A stretch of 37,909 bases of DNA from Elusimicrobiales bacterium (lineage in GTDB: Bacteria; Elusimicrobiota; Elusimicrobia; Elusimicrobiales; UBA9959). The number at the start of each line of letters is the position of its first letter. Position 1 is the stretch's first letter. Below, piece by piece: positions 37,881 to 37,909 of this stretch. The stretch spans positions 1-37,909 of the forward strand of contig JBMFKQ010000013.1 of the NCBI GenBank assembly GCA_049972095.1, read 5' to 3'. The notes under the pieces are model-generated. The model saw only the letters and a list, made by a program, of their open reading frames with translations. It had not been told where the DNA came from and made no database searches. Position numbers and translations under genes: made by a program.

Positions 37881-37909
37881 ATGAAAAAAGTAATAACAGC
37901 AATAGTTAC
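37881..37909 (+). CDS. 5' end of a probable secreted protein (runs off the window edge)
   Basis: Strong RBS AGGAGGAGG then ATG: MKKVITAIV..., signal-peptide-like. Confidence 0.55.

Overview
AT-rich bacterial chromosomal window. The protein repertoire (GYF_2-headed membrane protein, tandem membrane GGDEF pair, clostripain and other secreted orphans, parAB-secreted protein-asd order) suggests Elusimicrobiota, but this is inference, not a search result. In order: (1) the 5' end of a surface-polysaccharide locus (wza/SLBB, wzz-like, fcl, a decayed AbiEi/AbiEii toxin-antitoxin pair, partial wzx); (2) DUF167 and an orphan secreted protein; (3) a co-directional GGDEF-GGDEF-PrcB-like-addA-addB-mutS block divergent from parvulin-surA-pdxA; (4) an orphan, GYF-domain protein, M20 hydrolase, phosphoketolase and radC; (5) a variable region with a CPBP protease, clostripain, an IS256 remnant, R-M remnants and a truncated repeat protein; (6) two non-canonical parS-like palindromes, a small ORF, parA, parB, a secreted protein and a frameshifted asd. 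The most notable signals are not in the ORF track: a parS variant matched by an R-to-K change in the ParB base-reading residue; a DosR-like 14-bp motif at identical spacing upstream of three secreted-protein promoters (candidate regulon); and at least six probable leaderless genes, two of them sharing a 24-bp bidirectional promoter.
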